A DNA stretch of 64,000 nt, from NCBI RefSeq assembly GCF_006345805.1, contig NC_043014.1:36580001-36644000 (forward strand), in the 5' to 3' direction. A program made the translations under genes and the position numbers. Origin of the DNA: Octopus sinensis. Lineage: Eukaryota. Below are positions 1-13,044 of this stretch, piece after piece (the first letter of the stretch is position 1; each line of letters opens with the position of its first letter). The notes beneath the pieces are model-generated. The model was not told where the DNA came from and searched no databases. It worked only from the letters and a program-made list of their open reading frames with translations.

Positions 1-460
1 ATGAAGTTAATGCATTCTCCGTGTCCTGCCCTAGCCAGTGCCTCATTGTAATAAGGTGCATGCAGGTCAAATAATTTCGGAGTCAGACAGTCGCGAAACC
101 CTGGTCTGAATATTCTATGCAAGATACCGTATAATGGAGGGTGGATGATTCGACCTGGAATTAATGTATTTTAGGTTGGAATTTGGTTTGGTGAAAGGCT
201 CGTAAGAGTCTGGTGTCAAAGTTGAATGCGGCACATAGGAAGTTAACCTTGCGGTATTACATTTCTACAGTTACTGCTAGTCCAGAATTCTTGAATAATT
301 ATATAGTTTCTTCTTATAGCTTTCAAGTTCTACATTAGTGCAACGGTTAAAATAGAAGCTCCCTCCCATCCCTGGGAGAGTGGTCTGGATTAAGGATAGG
401 ATGCAGGCCCCAACTGTGTCAGTGCATTGTGCGGAGTCGGAAGATCCCATCTCTATATTG
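1..460 (-). mobile_element. Penelope-like element (PLE) reverse-transcriptase fragment, degenerate
   Basis: Minus-strand translation gives NIEMGSSDSAQCTDTVGACIL (cf. PLE DVTMGSxDGAExCELVG) and SYEPFTKPNSNLKYINSRSNHPPSI (PLE thumb region), with stops and frameshifts. Confidence 0.8.
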
Positions 461-721
461 TGCACCACATGATATAGGTATGTACGTATGTAAATGTATA
501 CATGAATGTGCGTGCGGATGGGCAGGCGCACATACGTGTGAATGTATACTGGCGTGTGTGCCTGAATAAACTTATGATCGTTTAGTGTCTGTCTGTGCGT
601 CTGATTAAACGTTCAGAGCCACGAGGTCATATGGCCTTAAACTGACCAAGCCGTGACACTTGGCTGCCATAGCCACCATATATCAAAGACTTACATACCA
701 TTGGGGAGGCCCATGAGAAAA

Positions 722-1132
722 TGATCTTTTCGGTTTGAACGGCAGTTTAAAAAAATAATTTCCACTTAACTAAACACTTTTAAACTTCGTTTACTGGTAG
801 AATGTGTTTATAAAACATCTTTTTTTCTTGGCTTTATTGAGAAGACTCTATAGTTTGTAAGATATTTGTTGTTGTTTTTCTTCAATTTCTACAATTTCAA
901 CCAATCAATGACGTCTATTGAGGTGAAAACATTCTGTGCCGTATGAATATGTCCCTCGTTGGGTTTATTTACATTTCTGAAGAAAAAAAATATATCCTTC
1001 CCCGCACCCCTAACCCTAACCCCAACCCTAAAACAGATTGAAATGCAATAGATCGATACTAGGGTCATAATTATGGGTGATAATTTCATATGACACCGCT
1101 AGAAAAAATTGCCGTTCAAACCGAAAAGATCC
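722..1132. mobile_element. MITE with ~22-bp TIRs and 8-bp TSD
   Basis: GATCTTTTCGGTTTGAACGGCA at 723 and its reverse complement ending 1131. TGAGAAAA is duplicated at 714-721 and 1133-1140. Internal CCTAACCCTAACCC tract. Confidence 0.85.
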
Positions 1133-1432
1133 TGAGAAAATTTGGTTTTAATGTTTGACAACTCAGCACCTTCCATTGGACGGGGGCTGTTTTGCTCGTA
1201 ATATATAAAGTCAAAGAATATTCTTCATGTGTAATGGATATGCGATGAATGCCTCTTCGAGGAAAACATTATGAACTATTAGAAAAATGAAGAAAACTGT
1301 GATAATTCTAAATTTACTCAGACAAATAGCGACTGAGCTTTTTGTTCTTCGTTTGAATACTTGCAAACAACATAAAACGCATGCACACTCACACACATGC
1401 TACGTACGTACATACATACATACATACATACA

Positions 1433-1463
<31 letters not shown>

Positions 1464-1640
1464 GTACATATATACATACAAACAAACAAACATACATACA
1501 TACATACATACATACATACATACATACATACATACATACATACATACATACAAACGTACATGTAGATGCATAAGTGTTATATATATTTATATAATGTAGA
1601 TGTAAAAATTATATAAATATATATGCATATTCTATATTCT

Positions 1641-1671
<31 letters not shown>

Positions 1672-1945
1672 TATATATATATATATATATATATATATTT
1701 ACATGTACTATGTACATATATATATGTACTATGTTAACAAGGGAAAATACACACATCTATTTATATATGTACTATGTATGTATGGTTGCATGTATGTATG
1801 TATGTATGTATGTATGTATGTATGTATGTGTATATGTATGTAGGCATATATAGTGCGTTTTGCGACAATCAAAACATTAAATCTAAAACAAGCAGATTCA
1901 GCGTTGGAAATGAAAAAATAATATTTTTTGTTAGTTTAAACTTAC

Positions 1946-1994
1946 AGGCGGAAGTGTAAGGAGCAATCATCAGCATCATCATAGCTAACAACAT
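1946..1994 (-). CDS. Signal-peptide (leader) exon of an IgSF-cluster paralogue; gene body lies left of the window
   Basis: ATG...GCC T|GTAAGT encodes MLLAMMMLMIAPYTSA + phase 1. Same 49-nt length and motif as the leaders at 39.0, 53.5 and 58.2 kb; upstream flank 2060-2700 is homologous to theirs. Confidence 0.7.
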
Positions 1995-2059
1995 CGTTGA
2001 TCTTGAGAGACCAGTATAAGGCAGAACTAGAAATAATCGTCGGATCCCAGACACCATTA

Positions 2060-2404
2060 ATATTACGAAAAGATGTGTCTAATACAAAGAGTGTAGTCGA
2101 AACAAAGAGCTTTATATAGAGAGAGATTAGTGATAGCGTTTACAAAAATAGAAAGGAAAGCGCAATATATGTAAGCGTGAATGAGAGAAAGAGTGAAGCT
2201 TGAGTAGAGTTTGAGTGAAGCTGAGATTATTTCATCTGGCTGTTTGCTTCTCTCGCTCCTCTCTCTCCCTTCGTCCCTCTCTCTCTCTTTCTCTCTCTCT
2301 CTCTCTTCCTTTCTTTCTTTCTCTCTCTCTCTCTCTGTTACTTTCTTTGTGCTTCGAGAAGTCATGTAGATCACATGAAAAACGGTTTGACAGAAAGTAA
2401 AAAC

Positions 2405-2436
<32 letters not shown>

Positions 2437-2700
2437 CACACACACACACACAAAAACGCACACGCGCGCACAAATGCACACACACACATACACACACACG
2501 TATACATACATACATACAAAGAGGGAACAGAGACGGCCACTAAGAACGTGTGTGAGGAAAGCGACGACGAAATATAAAAGTGAAAGTGAAAAAGGAGATA
2601 AGAAGACAGATAAATGCTAGAATGAAAGAGTATAAAAAACTCCATGAGAAAGAGAGAAAAGATAGACAAAGACAGAGGGAAAGAGGAAGAGGTAGAGAAA
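2060..2700 (-). promoter_or_regulatory. Putative promoter/5'UTR block shared by leader-exon modules
   Basis: Shares GAGTGAAGCTGAGATT, CTTCGAGAAGT and GAGACGGC-ACTAAGAAC motifs plus (CT)n/(CA)n tracts with 39230-39830, 53690-54260 and (inverted) 57460-58150. Promoter role is inferred from position only. Confidence 0.4.
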
Positions 2701-2831
2701 CGGTAAAAGCATTCTCTTTTTTTTAATACAGTTAGTTTATTATTTTCCTAATAGATTTTCCAATACGGCACTCAACGGGGGGGGGTGCTGATTGGAGAGC
2801 TGCCTTAACTTCCCGGTATTTTTTCAAACTT

Positions 2832-3440
2832 AAGGCGGCGAGCGGGGAGAAACGTTAGCACGCCGGGCGAAATGCTCACCGGTATTTCGTCTGCCGCTAC
2901 GTTGTGAGTTCAAATTCCGCCGAGGTCGACTTTGCCTTTCATCCTTTCGGGGTCGATACATTAAGTACCAGTTACGCACTGGAGTCGATGTAATCGACTT
3001 AATACCTATGTCTGTCCTAGTTTGTCCCCTCTGTGTTTAGCCCCTTGTGGGTAATAAAGAAATAGGTATTTCGTCTGCCGCTAGGTTCTGAGTTCAAATT
3101 CCGCCGAGGTCGACTTTACCCTTCATCCTTTCGGGGTCGATTAAATAAGTACCAGTTACGCACTGGGGTCGATGAAATTGACTTAATCTGTTTGTCTGTC
3201 CTTGTTTGTCCTCTCTGTGTTTAACCCCTTGTGGGTAGTAAAGAAATAGGTATTTCGTCTGCCGCTAGGTTCTGAGTTCAACTTCCGCCGAGGTCGACTT
3301 TAACCTTCATCCTTTCGGGGTCGATTAAATAAGTACCAGTTACGCACTGGGGTCGATGTAATTGACTTAATCTGTTTGTCTGTCCTTGTTTGTCCCCTCT
3401 GTGTTTAACCCCTTGTGGGAAGTAAAGAACTAGGTATTTT
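2832..3440 (+). mobile_element. tRNA-derived SINE with three tandem 184-bp bodies
   Basis: Head AAGGCGGCGAGC..., B-box-like GTTCAAATTCC. GGTATTT recurs at 2881, 3065, 3249 and 3433. Confidence 0.8.
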
Positions 3441-3960
3441 CCCAACTTAGTTGATTCACGTTAAAGTGAGTTGTTAGGGAAGGGAGAGGTGATGGGTTTA
3501 TTAGGGTTATATCTTGTTCAGGCTCCCACCTTATTTCAGGGTCACCCTGGCAGTTGAGAGAAAGTGGTGTCTACTCGACCCGGTGAGCATTCGGGATTGC
3601 TGCTACACATGTCTACAAGTAACTTACTGGTGAAGCAGAACAGGTTGGGAGTGAACCCTGTACATTCTTTGACTACTTTGTCTTCAAATTCTATTACATT
3701 GTGCTCAGCGACAAGCTATCAGTTTCTTCCTCAGAATGTCTTAGTAGGTTACTGTTCCTCTTCACTGGATTCTTTGTGCTGCTTCTTAAAAGTTCTCAGT
3801 TCATCCTGCCATAGTTTTATTCGGTAACCGAGCAGAGTTATCTGTATGAGTTATTGTTACTTCAATGAGGCTGAATCTGGCAAATGTCATTAACCTCAGC
3901 CATCTGCCAGCATTTCCTTTCCTGTTGACCGTCCGATCTTGCATGCATCATGTTCAAACA
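3440..3960 (-). mobile_element. Hero/R2-superfamily non-LTR retrotransposon relic
   Basis: Minus strand LWQDELRTFKKQHKESSEEEQ*P resembles the Hero pre-RT helical region. Homologous to 18480-18840, 39900-40300 and 54330-54780. Confidence 0.65.
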
Positions 3961-4177
3961 GCTGAGCTACAATGCATTCTTCTGAGTATACAAGCACAAT
4001 ATATATTCATACATACATACATGCATACATACATACATACATACATACATACATACATACATACATACATACGTGCATGCATATATTCACACACACACAC
4101 ACACACACACCCACACCACCAACACACCACACACACACCATATATATATATTATATATATATATTATATATTATATA

Positions 4178-4740
4178 TTGGGTTGTCCGGAAAGTTCGTG
4201 CCGATTTATAGTAGCCTAAACTTTCAACATATTTTAGAATATGGTTGAGTCCATAAAATAGGATTTGACTACACCTCCATTTAGAGCACAGTTTAAGCTA
4301 TCTTTTCGTGGAAGAAGGTTTATGTTCCTATAACCTGTGTTAATTCTGTAACCCTTTAAGATAGAAGGTAAGAAAGTTCACTTTTGGGCACTTGATGCTT
4401 TGGGAACCAGACAAAAGTTGCTGCAGCTCGGCTGGGATGTGTTACCACACCCTCCATATTCACCAGATATTGCTCCTTCGGATTTCCACTTATGCAGGTA
4501 TTTGCAGTCTTAATGGTAAAAGTTTCAATTCCTTGGATGACGTAAAAAGATATCTTGATGAATTCTTTGCTATGAAAGCACCTCAATTCTGGGAAGGGGG
4601 TATTTTCAAGTTAAAGGAAAAATGGAGATACATTGTGCAACAAAATGGCTCATATTCGGTTGATTAAAAATGTAATGGCAAATATTTATTAACCTTTTTC
4701 TTTCCTTTAAAAATCGGCACGAACTTTCCGGACAACACAA
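4178..4740 (+). mobile_element. Internally deleted mariner transposon
   Basis: TIRs GTTGTCCGGAAAGTTCGTGCCGATTT and its reverse complement, in TA context. Residual N-terminus is fused to C-terminal LGWDVLPHPPYSPDIAPSDFHL...WEGGIFKLKEKW. Confidence 0.9.
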
Positions 4741-4741
4741 C

Positions 4742-4776
<35 letters not shown>

Positions 4777-5143
4777 ATATATAGCATTAAGGACACTACT
4801 TAATAAGGAAAACTTAACAAGAAATTGTCAGGTAGATAGCGTAAAAACCCATAAGAGAAAAAATTTCGAAAATAATTATTCTTATGAACATATTAATTTA
4901 TATATAGAGGGCATTATACATACATGCCAGGAGGCATCTACATACACGCCATACGCTAAGAGGGGACAATCAGTCATTTCTACCAAAATATACTAATCCC
5001 ACCGAATGCAATTTTTCAAAGAAGACATTTAAAAAATATATAGACCTGTATCACAGTGATTTCATACTTACGTAATCATCAGCAGGCCTGAATATACCAT
5101 AAATAAACAACGAACCCGCTTCGCTTATATATATATATATATC

Positions 5144-5177
<34 letters not shown>

Positions 5178-5731
5178 CGTATGTATGTATGTATACTTAC
5201 ACACACACACATTATATACATGAATACATATACATATATAAACACATGCCACGCACACATAACATAAGAGCATTAAAGAATGAAGTCAACTAACTACGTT
5301 TATAGTTTAGTTTTTGCATGTTTCATTAGCTTCAGTAAACCAGTCTTGCATAACACGTTTTATAGCCTTGAATATACGGAGCGGCGTGAAGCAGGGCTGT
5401 ATGCTTGTCCCCTCACTCTTTGGTATCTTTGCAGTCATACTTAAACTCGATTATTTTTTCAGTTATACCTAAAGTTTTGTATGCCACCATAAGGAAATCG
5501 AGAAAGAACGAATGCAATTGAACGAAATACAGGGAGAAAGAAATTAAAATAGATGGAGAGGGGACAAAATAGTTTAACAGAAAACTAAATCTGCTATCAG
5601 ACTGACAGTATTACACACCAACACAGTTTGTATTCAGCTAAGGCTATGGTATATTATTAGTATGACAGCCCCCTATTTGGAGCTTTGTACGATAATTCAC
5701 ATACATCACACACACACAAATATATATATAT

Positions 5732-5779
<48 letters not shown>

Positions 5780-5794
5780 CATATGCATGTATAC

Positions 5795-6960
5795 ATACCA
5801 AGGCTTTTGACCAAGTCAGTATAGACGACCTGTTCAAAATCCTTGCCATGATTAACTGCCCTCCAAGACTCCTCAGGATTGTCCAATCATTTAACGCAGG
5901 CATGAAAGGGGTCGATGGCTCTTTTTCGGATGCCTTGAATTTACGGAGCGGCGTGAAGCAGGGCTGTATGCTTGCCTCCTCACTCTTTGGTATCTTTGCA
6001 GTCATACTTAAACAAGTATTTGAGACATCAACTGATAGTGTTTACCTTCATACCAGATCAGACGGTAAACTGTTAAGTCTGTTGAGGCTGAAAGCAAAAT
6101 TCATGGTGCGCCATGTACGCGGCACTGACAGCGCACTCTGAAGAGCAAATGCAGCACATCGTGGACAAACTTCCAACGGCCTATCAGCAATTCAGCCTGA
6201 CAATCAGTCTGAAGATCTAAGTAATGAACTAAAGTGCCAAGTACCCACGACGACGACGATCACCATCACCATCAGCAACTACAAGCTGGAAGTAGTCCAT
6301 CAATTCACCTATCCCAGATCTGCCATACTGATGGCCTCTCTTTGGACCCTGAGATCAACAGGCGAATCGGACAAGCATCCTCCACATTTGCAAGGCTCAC
6401 ATAGAGAGTTGGGAAACAAACAAACAAAAAATACTGGCTGCAAACTTCAGGATTGCTGTCTATAAGGCGTGCATCCTTAGTACACTACTTTACAGTAGTG
6501 AGACGGGGAGCCTCTTCTCCAGACATGAACGATGTCTCAACGTCTTTTACTTTCGTAATTTGAGACGCATCTTGGATATCACGTAGACCAACTATATCAC
6601 CAACATCGAAGTCGTCAACTGAGCCAAGATGCCCAGCATACTCACTCTGCTTTATCAGCGTCGTTTGCGCTAGTTCGGTCATGTAGATCTCATGCTGGAC
6701 GGAAGGATTTCAAAAGACCTCCTGTATGGGGAATTGGCACCGGTGTAAAAGCACGAGGACGACCTCATCTTCGTTTCCAGGACGTCTGTAAGAGGGATAT
6801 TAAGTCGCTTGATCTGGACGTGTTGAGATGGGAGGAGGTTGCAAATGACCGCCCAGACTGGAAACAAAGAGTGATGAAGCCAGCGGGAATAAAACAGGAA
6901 CTAGCTACCACTGAAAATTGAACTCGACGGAAGAAAAAAACCCAGTAGCGCTGGCAGAGA
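5795..6960 (+). mobile_element. RTE-clade LINE RT/C-terminal fragment
   Basis: KAFDQVS...GVKQGCMLASSLFGIF...HTRSDGKL; later GRISKDLLYGELA; frameshifted. Short duplicate fragment at 5357-5445. Confidence 0.9.
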
Positions 6961-7267
6961 GCTCTCGACATTCTGAGAAACGTTATCACTAATCTCTCTC
7001 TATAAAAACCTTTTGCTTCTCTGTCTGTCTGTCTGTTCCCTATGCATTTTCAAACTGCTCGACCAAATCAAATCCAATTTTACAAGGTAATAGTATCGGA
7101 CCCCGTGAGTGTTAACATGTGATTTTTGTTTCATTTGGATTAAAACAATATAACATTGGCACTGGTTTGGTATTACGTGTCAAAATTGAAAGAATAGCAT
7201 GTGACCTCGTGTGTACCGTTGGCGATTTTTTTCCTCTGTTTTCCCTTCTCTGGATCTTTCCTTCTCC

Positions 7268-7345
7268 TATGTTTCCGACGAAGAGCTCCGCTCGAAACGT
7301 TAAACCCTCCTTCTTCCCTTCTTTCCTGAGCGTCCAATAATACTA
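7268..7345 (+). ncRNA. Hammerhead-like motif (variant core) in a PLE-type tail repeat
   Basis: CCGACGA-A-GAGC/TCC/GCTC-GAAA-CG...CG-TC. Perfect 4-bp stem II and GUC site, but U4C core change and weak stem I. Second copy at 40426-40500. Confidence 0.4.
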
Positions 7346-7440
7346 TACTTGTTCCACGTCCTCGCGTTGTTGTGTTTTTTTGTGTTTTCTTGTTTGGATT
7401 AACTATAATATATATATATATATTGTAATGTGATATAATA

Positions 7441-7635
7441 TTGTTTCATTTTTATTCTTTTACCTTTGATAAGACTATAATAATGTTTCACTTTTATTCT
7501 TTCACTTTCGATAAAACTAGTATATTATTTCATTTTTATTCTTTCAATATTGATAAGACTATAATATTGTTTCACTTTTATTCTTTCACTTTTCATAAGA
7601 CTATAATATTGTTTCACTTTTATTCTTACACTTTT
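7441..7635. repeat. 42-bp minisatellite, ~4.5 copies
   Basis: Unit TTGTTTCACTTTTATTCTTTCACTTTTGATAAGACTATAATA; produces the 14-aa periodic ORF 7441..7683. Confidence 0.9.
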
Positions 7636-8149
7636 AATTCTAATGTGGTTACACTAAGATTATCAGATTTCTTTTGTATTTGAAATAAATGAATAATTCA
7701 TAACCTAATGTGAACAACATTAAGCATCGGCAACTTTCCGTCTTTACGGCCACGACAATAGAATGATGTGTCAGTCTATGTGTGTTGATTGACATAACGA
7801 ACGGCTGGAGGTGAAACTCTTGACAAAAAACAATGAGGTGGCAGGTCCAAGGTATATAAAAATGCACATTTACCATTCGAGTACCAGTTAATAATCATCG
7901 CAACAGTTGCAAGGTTGCAAGATATTTACAATTACAAATTAGCAATTCATACATGTGCTTCTATTTGGTAAATTTGCTTATATTTGGTTAATTTATACTG
8001 TATACAAAAATAAAAACATACTACATACATACAACTACTTGCAAAAATAGAGATTAATGTATAATTTTTTTCTATGTTCATAATTTTTTGTTTACAATAT
8101 TGAAAGATGCCACTAAAGGAAAAACGTAATCTCTCTAGAAACAAGTATA

Positions 8150-8500
8150 AAGCAAGGAGGATTGTAGAAAACTGAAGGCGAGTGCTTCAAGAGAGAAGGG
8201 AGATGAGACTTTATCAAGATCAGCAAACGCATGCTGCAGACGACAAATGCAGTCTCATGAGAGAAGATGAGACTTTCCTAGTATCAACAAATGCATGCTG
8301 CAATACGTCAAATGGTACGTCTTAAAAGAGAAGGGAGATGAGACTTTCTCAAGATCAGCAAAGACATGCTGCAGCACGTCAGATGTAGTTTCAATACAGA
8401 CGGGAGATGAGATTTTCGCAAGATCTGCAATGGCATGCTGCAGCACTTGACGAGGAATCATTAAAACAACAATTTAATGAATAGAGAGAGCGCCAATAAA
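8150..8500 (+). mobile_element. Degenerate ~63-bp coding repeats, Helitron N-terminal-like
   Basis: Repeated GAGATGAGACTTT..AAGATCAGCAAA..CATGCTGCAG translates as EMRLSQDQQRHAAARQ, like the R-rich repeats preceding Helitron Rep (recalled similarity). Confidence 0.45.
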
Positions 8501-8559
8501 ATAGCTCTCAGAAACAGATTACGTACAAATTCATTCTTTACAACTCCTGGGGCTGCTTT

Positions 8560-9200
8560 CAGATATGATCCATCCTATTCTTATAAAAATGATAATGTGT
8601 GATCGTTGCATTGACCATGAGAAAGTTGTCATGGTGATACATGCTCAGAGGCCTACGCAAAGTTGCAAAAATGTGTATAGAGAGGAAAGTATGAGTAGCA
8701 GACAAGTGTCCGAGTGGTTCAGACGTTTCCAAGATGACCGAAAGTATGTCGATATTGACAAACGTTCTGAGAGACCCGAAACCAGCAAAATTAAGAAATT
8801 GTCGAATCGCCATCCGTGAGATTTCAGAGGATGCGCAGACTAGTTACGGTTCAGTTCAGTCCATTATCACACTCGGGTTTCAGTTGCACAAGATCTTCTT
8901 GACTGTATAGAGAAAGATGAAAACGTTTTGAAAACTTTGCATAGGCCTCTGGGCAGGTATCGCCAAGCTTTTGGCAAAATTTGATGCAGATTCTCTGTTC
9001 AACTTTCTGTCATGGGCAATGCGACCGATCACACGCTACACACCTTTCTTCGAACCACTACTGTACAGAGGACAAGTGAGCTAGAACGGTAAAACTTAGT
9101 GCGCATGCACAGCAGAGTTCAAGGTGGAGCTGTACCAAGCGGCTTTACTCTGCGTGGTTTATCTTTGTTACTATGGCAACATCCCAGATACTTATTGATG
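8560..9200. mobile_element. Rearranged mariner fragments
   Basis: Plus strand VYREESMSSRQVSEWFRRFQDDR...RSERPETS (mariner HTH region). 8940-9200 matches the mariner end at 45470-45690. Confidence 0.7.
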
Positions 9201-9888
9201 TATGTATGTCATTATTCAGTATTATTTTAAGATTTCTTGCCAATAGAGAAAGAGCCGGTTTCTAATCTATATCCAAGACTCCTTCACTGGAATTTCAACA
9301 TCAACCACAGGGTATCTTCGTATGTATGTATGTATGTATGTATGTATGTATGTATGTATGCATGTATGTATGTATGCATGTATGTATGTATGCATAGGTG
9401 CAGATTTGTATGCTTTGTCTTATGTATGACTTCACATGCATATTCTTGCATATCTAGACATGCTCATATGTACTTAAATGATAAACTTTTGGTAACATTT
9501 TTCTTAAACAACAAAAAAATAGAGTACAGGACAAATGACACAAGGAAAATGCCCCTTCTTCAATCGCCATGGTTTCATCTACTCTGCGTTTCGAAGGTGA
9601 AGGCGATACGCATCTTCGATAGAAACTTTCCTTCCTGCGAAAAGCAAATCAAATAAATTTGATATCTTTTTGCAGAGGGGTAAAATGGTAACAAAAACAG
9701 GACAGTAACGACAGTACAAAATATAAACAGTAAAAGACAGGACAATGAGAATAACAAGACAAGAAGGGCTGTTAAACCGAACGAAAAAAAGTATTACGAA
9801 CGCTATTTCTGAGGACGGCGAACGCACGCATCCATTTCTAAGTAAGATTTTCTCTATATATAAATATATATATATATACATACATACA

Positions 9889-9923
<35 letters not shown>

Positions 9924-9924
9924 G

Positions 9925-9964
<40 letters not shown>

Positions 9965-10234
9965 CATATATATACATATATATACATACATATATATACA
10001 TACACATATATATATATATATAATATATATATTAATACTAATAAATCTTAGGGTAGCAAAAAAATTTAGAAAAATTCCTAGCTACCAGTGATCTAGGGAG
10101 AAGAAAAAACTAGTCAATAAACTATAAATTATTCATATTAGATACAGTGTACATTTAAACACATAAGAGATGGCTATAACAGGACATCTGACCCGCTAGA
10201 TTTTGAAAATTTATAACATATAAACACAAGGCAT

Positions 10235-11210
10235 TTGCTGATGACACTAAGCTCCAGCAAATAATGAATGAAGAAGACCGAACTCAACTCCAATCTGATC
10301 TATATGCGGCGAGTAAATGGGCAAACAAAAACAAAATGCAACTAAACGTAGGAATTTTTGCGCTGATGCATTTTGGAAGAAAGACTATACTAAAACAGCC
10401 ATACTCTGTTCCTTCAGTGGAATCGCTTACAGTATCTAATAATTATCAGAGACCTAGGAGTAATTGTTGATAACCATCTCATTTGGAGTGCTCACATCAA
10501 CAATAAGGTCGATATCGCTCGTAGGATGAGCTCCTGGATCTTAAGAACCCTCCGGTTCAGAGAACAATGTGTCATCATTCCACTTTTCTCCTCCTTTGTA
10601 CGGCCACACCTCGAATACTGTTGCCCCCTGTGGTCTCCCTATACAAAACAAAACATCTCGAAAATTGAATCAGTCCAGAGGGCATTCACTAAACGAATTA
10701 AGGGCATGACTGACCTCGATTACTAGGACAGCTTTAAAGCTTTGAAACCCTACTCTCTCCAGCGTCGCCGCGAGCGGTACATCATTTGCACGATGTGGAG
10801 AATATACCACCAGCATTGCCCAAACGACCTGAACATTAATTTCAAGGTTCATCCAAGGCTGGGACCACGGGCCATACGTCCCCTGCTCAATTCAGGATCA
10901 CATCATATAGGCACACTGCGACACAATTTCTTTTCCTCAATAGGCCCTGCCCTGTTTAACATTGTCCCAAAACTGATCAAAGAGAAAAAGGATCCCATCA
11001 CGTGTAAACGGAGTCTGGGCAAATTTTTTCAAGAAATACCAGATAAGCCATCTATACCTGGATATAACTCACTCAACAAGAACTCACTACTTAAATGAAC
11101 CATGATACCACAAAACTTGACTTTAAAAGGATTTAGATAATCCTATCAGGTGGTGCTATTAAGTTAGACGTAGCCAAGACCAATCATTGGTCGAAACATA
11201 CCTAAGTTTA
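10235..11210 (+). mobile_element. CR1/L2-clade LINE 3' fragment
   Basis: AFADDTKL...LQSDL...VRPHLEYCCPLWSP...IESVQRAFTKRI...YSLQRRRERY; stops and frameshifts. Confidence 0.9.
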
Positions 11211-11532
11211 TCTAAGTTTATATATAAGAGATAATGGTGTCATTGAGACCCAAATGTGTCAGGTAATGCTGAATAAGTGATATAGACAGACCATAGTTAA
11301 GTTCCAGATTCGGTAATATTGCGAATAAAGGGTTCAACGTTGGTTCTATGTCAGCGAGTGTATATATGATTTTTTTTGTGTAATGAGATAAAAAAACCAA
11401 GGCTGTATAGATATTAGATCATTTATAGATAGGTCTTACAGCTGTTCCTAGAATATATATATATACTCCAATAAAAAAAACAAGGAAAATACATTAGCGC
11501 AACTTTAATTATATCCTTCCGTAACATTTGCA

Positions 11533-11620
11533 ACACTAGTTTACGCTAAAATCCTAAAAGAAAAATCACGTAATATTTGCGGTTTTAGGCGTTCGAGAGT
11601 TCACTTCATCAGACTAGTAT
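11533..11620 (-). ncRNA. Degenerate type-I hammerhead-like motif
   Basis: ACTAGT-CTGATGA-AGTGAACTCTC-GAA-CGCCTAAAA...TTTTAGCGT-A-AACTAGT. Stems I and III pair; GAAA lacks one A. Confidence 0.4.
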
Positions 11621-12002
11621 CAAAGGCGTGCTCTGATGCAAATGATTACATTGTGCGTCTTTAATATCAGAGGAAATAAAAAAGGAAAAAAAAAATTAAA
11701 AGTGTGTATGCGGGGTGAGTATGTAGAGAAGATATTTTGTGTGTGTGTGTGTGGAGGGAAATAAAGAGGATATGTATATTGATTGGAGGGAGAAAGGGAA
11801 GATGTGGGGAGGAAAAGGGAATAGAAAAAGACGAAAGAGAAGTACTTGAAGGGGAAGAGAAAGAAGATGAAAGAGAAGGAAAGGAAGAAGAAGAAGAAGA
11901 AGAAGAAGAAGAAGAAGATGATGATGATGATGACGATGATGATGATGATGATGATGATGGTTCGTATATTAGTTCTTTAGAAGGTGGTGTACAGGTCAAG
12001 TG

Positions 12003-12389
12003 TGGAGGCGCCATTGCCCAGTGGTTAGGGCAGCAGACTCGCAGTCATAGGATCGTAGTTTCGATTCCCAGATCAGGCGTTGTGAGTGTTTATTGAGCGA
12101 GAACACCTAAATCTACACGAAGCTCTGGCAAGGGGTGGGATAGCGAACCCTACTGTATTCTTTCACCACAACTTTCTTTCACTCTTTCTTTCTGTTTCTG
12201 TTGTACCTGTATTTCAAAGGGCCAGCCTTGTCACACTTTGTGTCACGCTGAATCTCCCCGAGAACTACGTTAAGAGTACACGTGTCTGTGGAGTGCTCAG
12301 CCACTTGCACGTTAATTTCACGTGCAGTCTGTTCCATCGATGGGATCAACTGGAACTCTCGTCGTCGTAAAGGACGGAGTGTCCCGACG
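12003..12389 (+). mobile_element. tRNA-derived SINE with 9-bp TSD
   Basis: A/B-box-like TGCCCAGTGGTTAGG and GTTTCGATTCCC. ACAGGTCAA flanks both ends (11991-11999, 12390-12398). Same family as 57070-57448. Confidence 0.85.
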
Positions 12390-13044
12390 ACAGGTCAAAT
12401 GCTTTTTCTGACATCGATTCGAAAAGCGTAAGCTTGGTTTAATTCCAAAATTTGAAAATGCTTTACACTCCTGGTCAGGCGTATCACATAGACATAAATT
12501 GACACTGAATACTATCATGAAAAGACGATATCAAATATATCAGCTCATACTATTTCCAAACTTCTTCATAACAAAACGACTGGTTCTCTTCCAGAATAAT
12601 CCACAGTAGTGACAAATGAGAGACAATCTGCAGCAACTTAAATGACAATGTTAAGGTGTGTTAGAATGATAAACAAGAGGATTTATGAGACAAGTCTAAA
12701 ACATACTATAAATTCGTATCAACTGAGATGAAACATATTTTGCAAGACCAAGGTATTATGAATATTGATTTAGCAAACAGTAAGAATAGAAATGTGATAT
12801 ATGTAAACAATATTATGGAAATGCTCATTGGTGTGATTATATCTGAAATGTTAGACCAAAACAATCTCACATTGTTTTAACAAAATGGCTAAAGAGATGT
12901 TGAACTCACAGAGAATGCAACTCCTGAAATGCTAATTAAACATATCAAAGGATGTAAATCTGTGTTCGATCGTACAATAGAAATAAAATTGAAGACAATG
13001 GAGCTGAATATTTTTTTGAAAAAATATGGACTGCAAAAACTTAC

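Noticed and set aside
1005-1030. CCTAACCCTAACCC telomere-like repeat
   Set aside because: Only about three imperfect units, internal to a MITE; not an interstitial telomere array.
7441-7635. Regularly spaced repeats as a possible CRISPR array
   Set aside because: Head-to-tail 42-bp minisatellite with no unique spacers, in a eukaryotic context.
9560-9640. GAAAC...GTA-GATGAAA hammerhead-like 3' half on the minus strand
   Set aside because: The CUGANGA core is incomplete and stem II is not in register.
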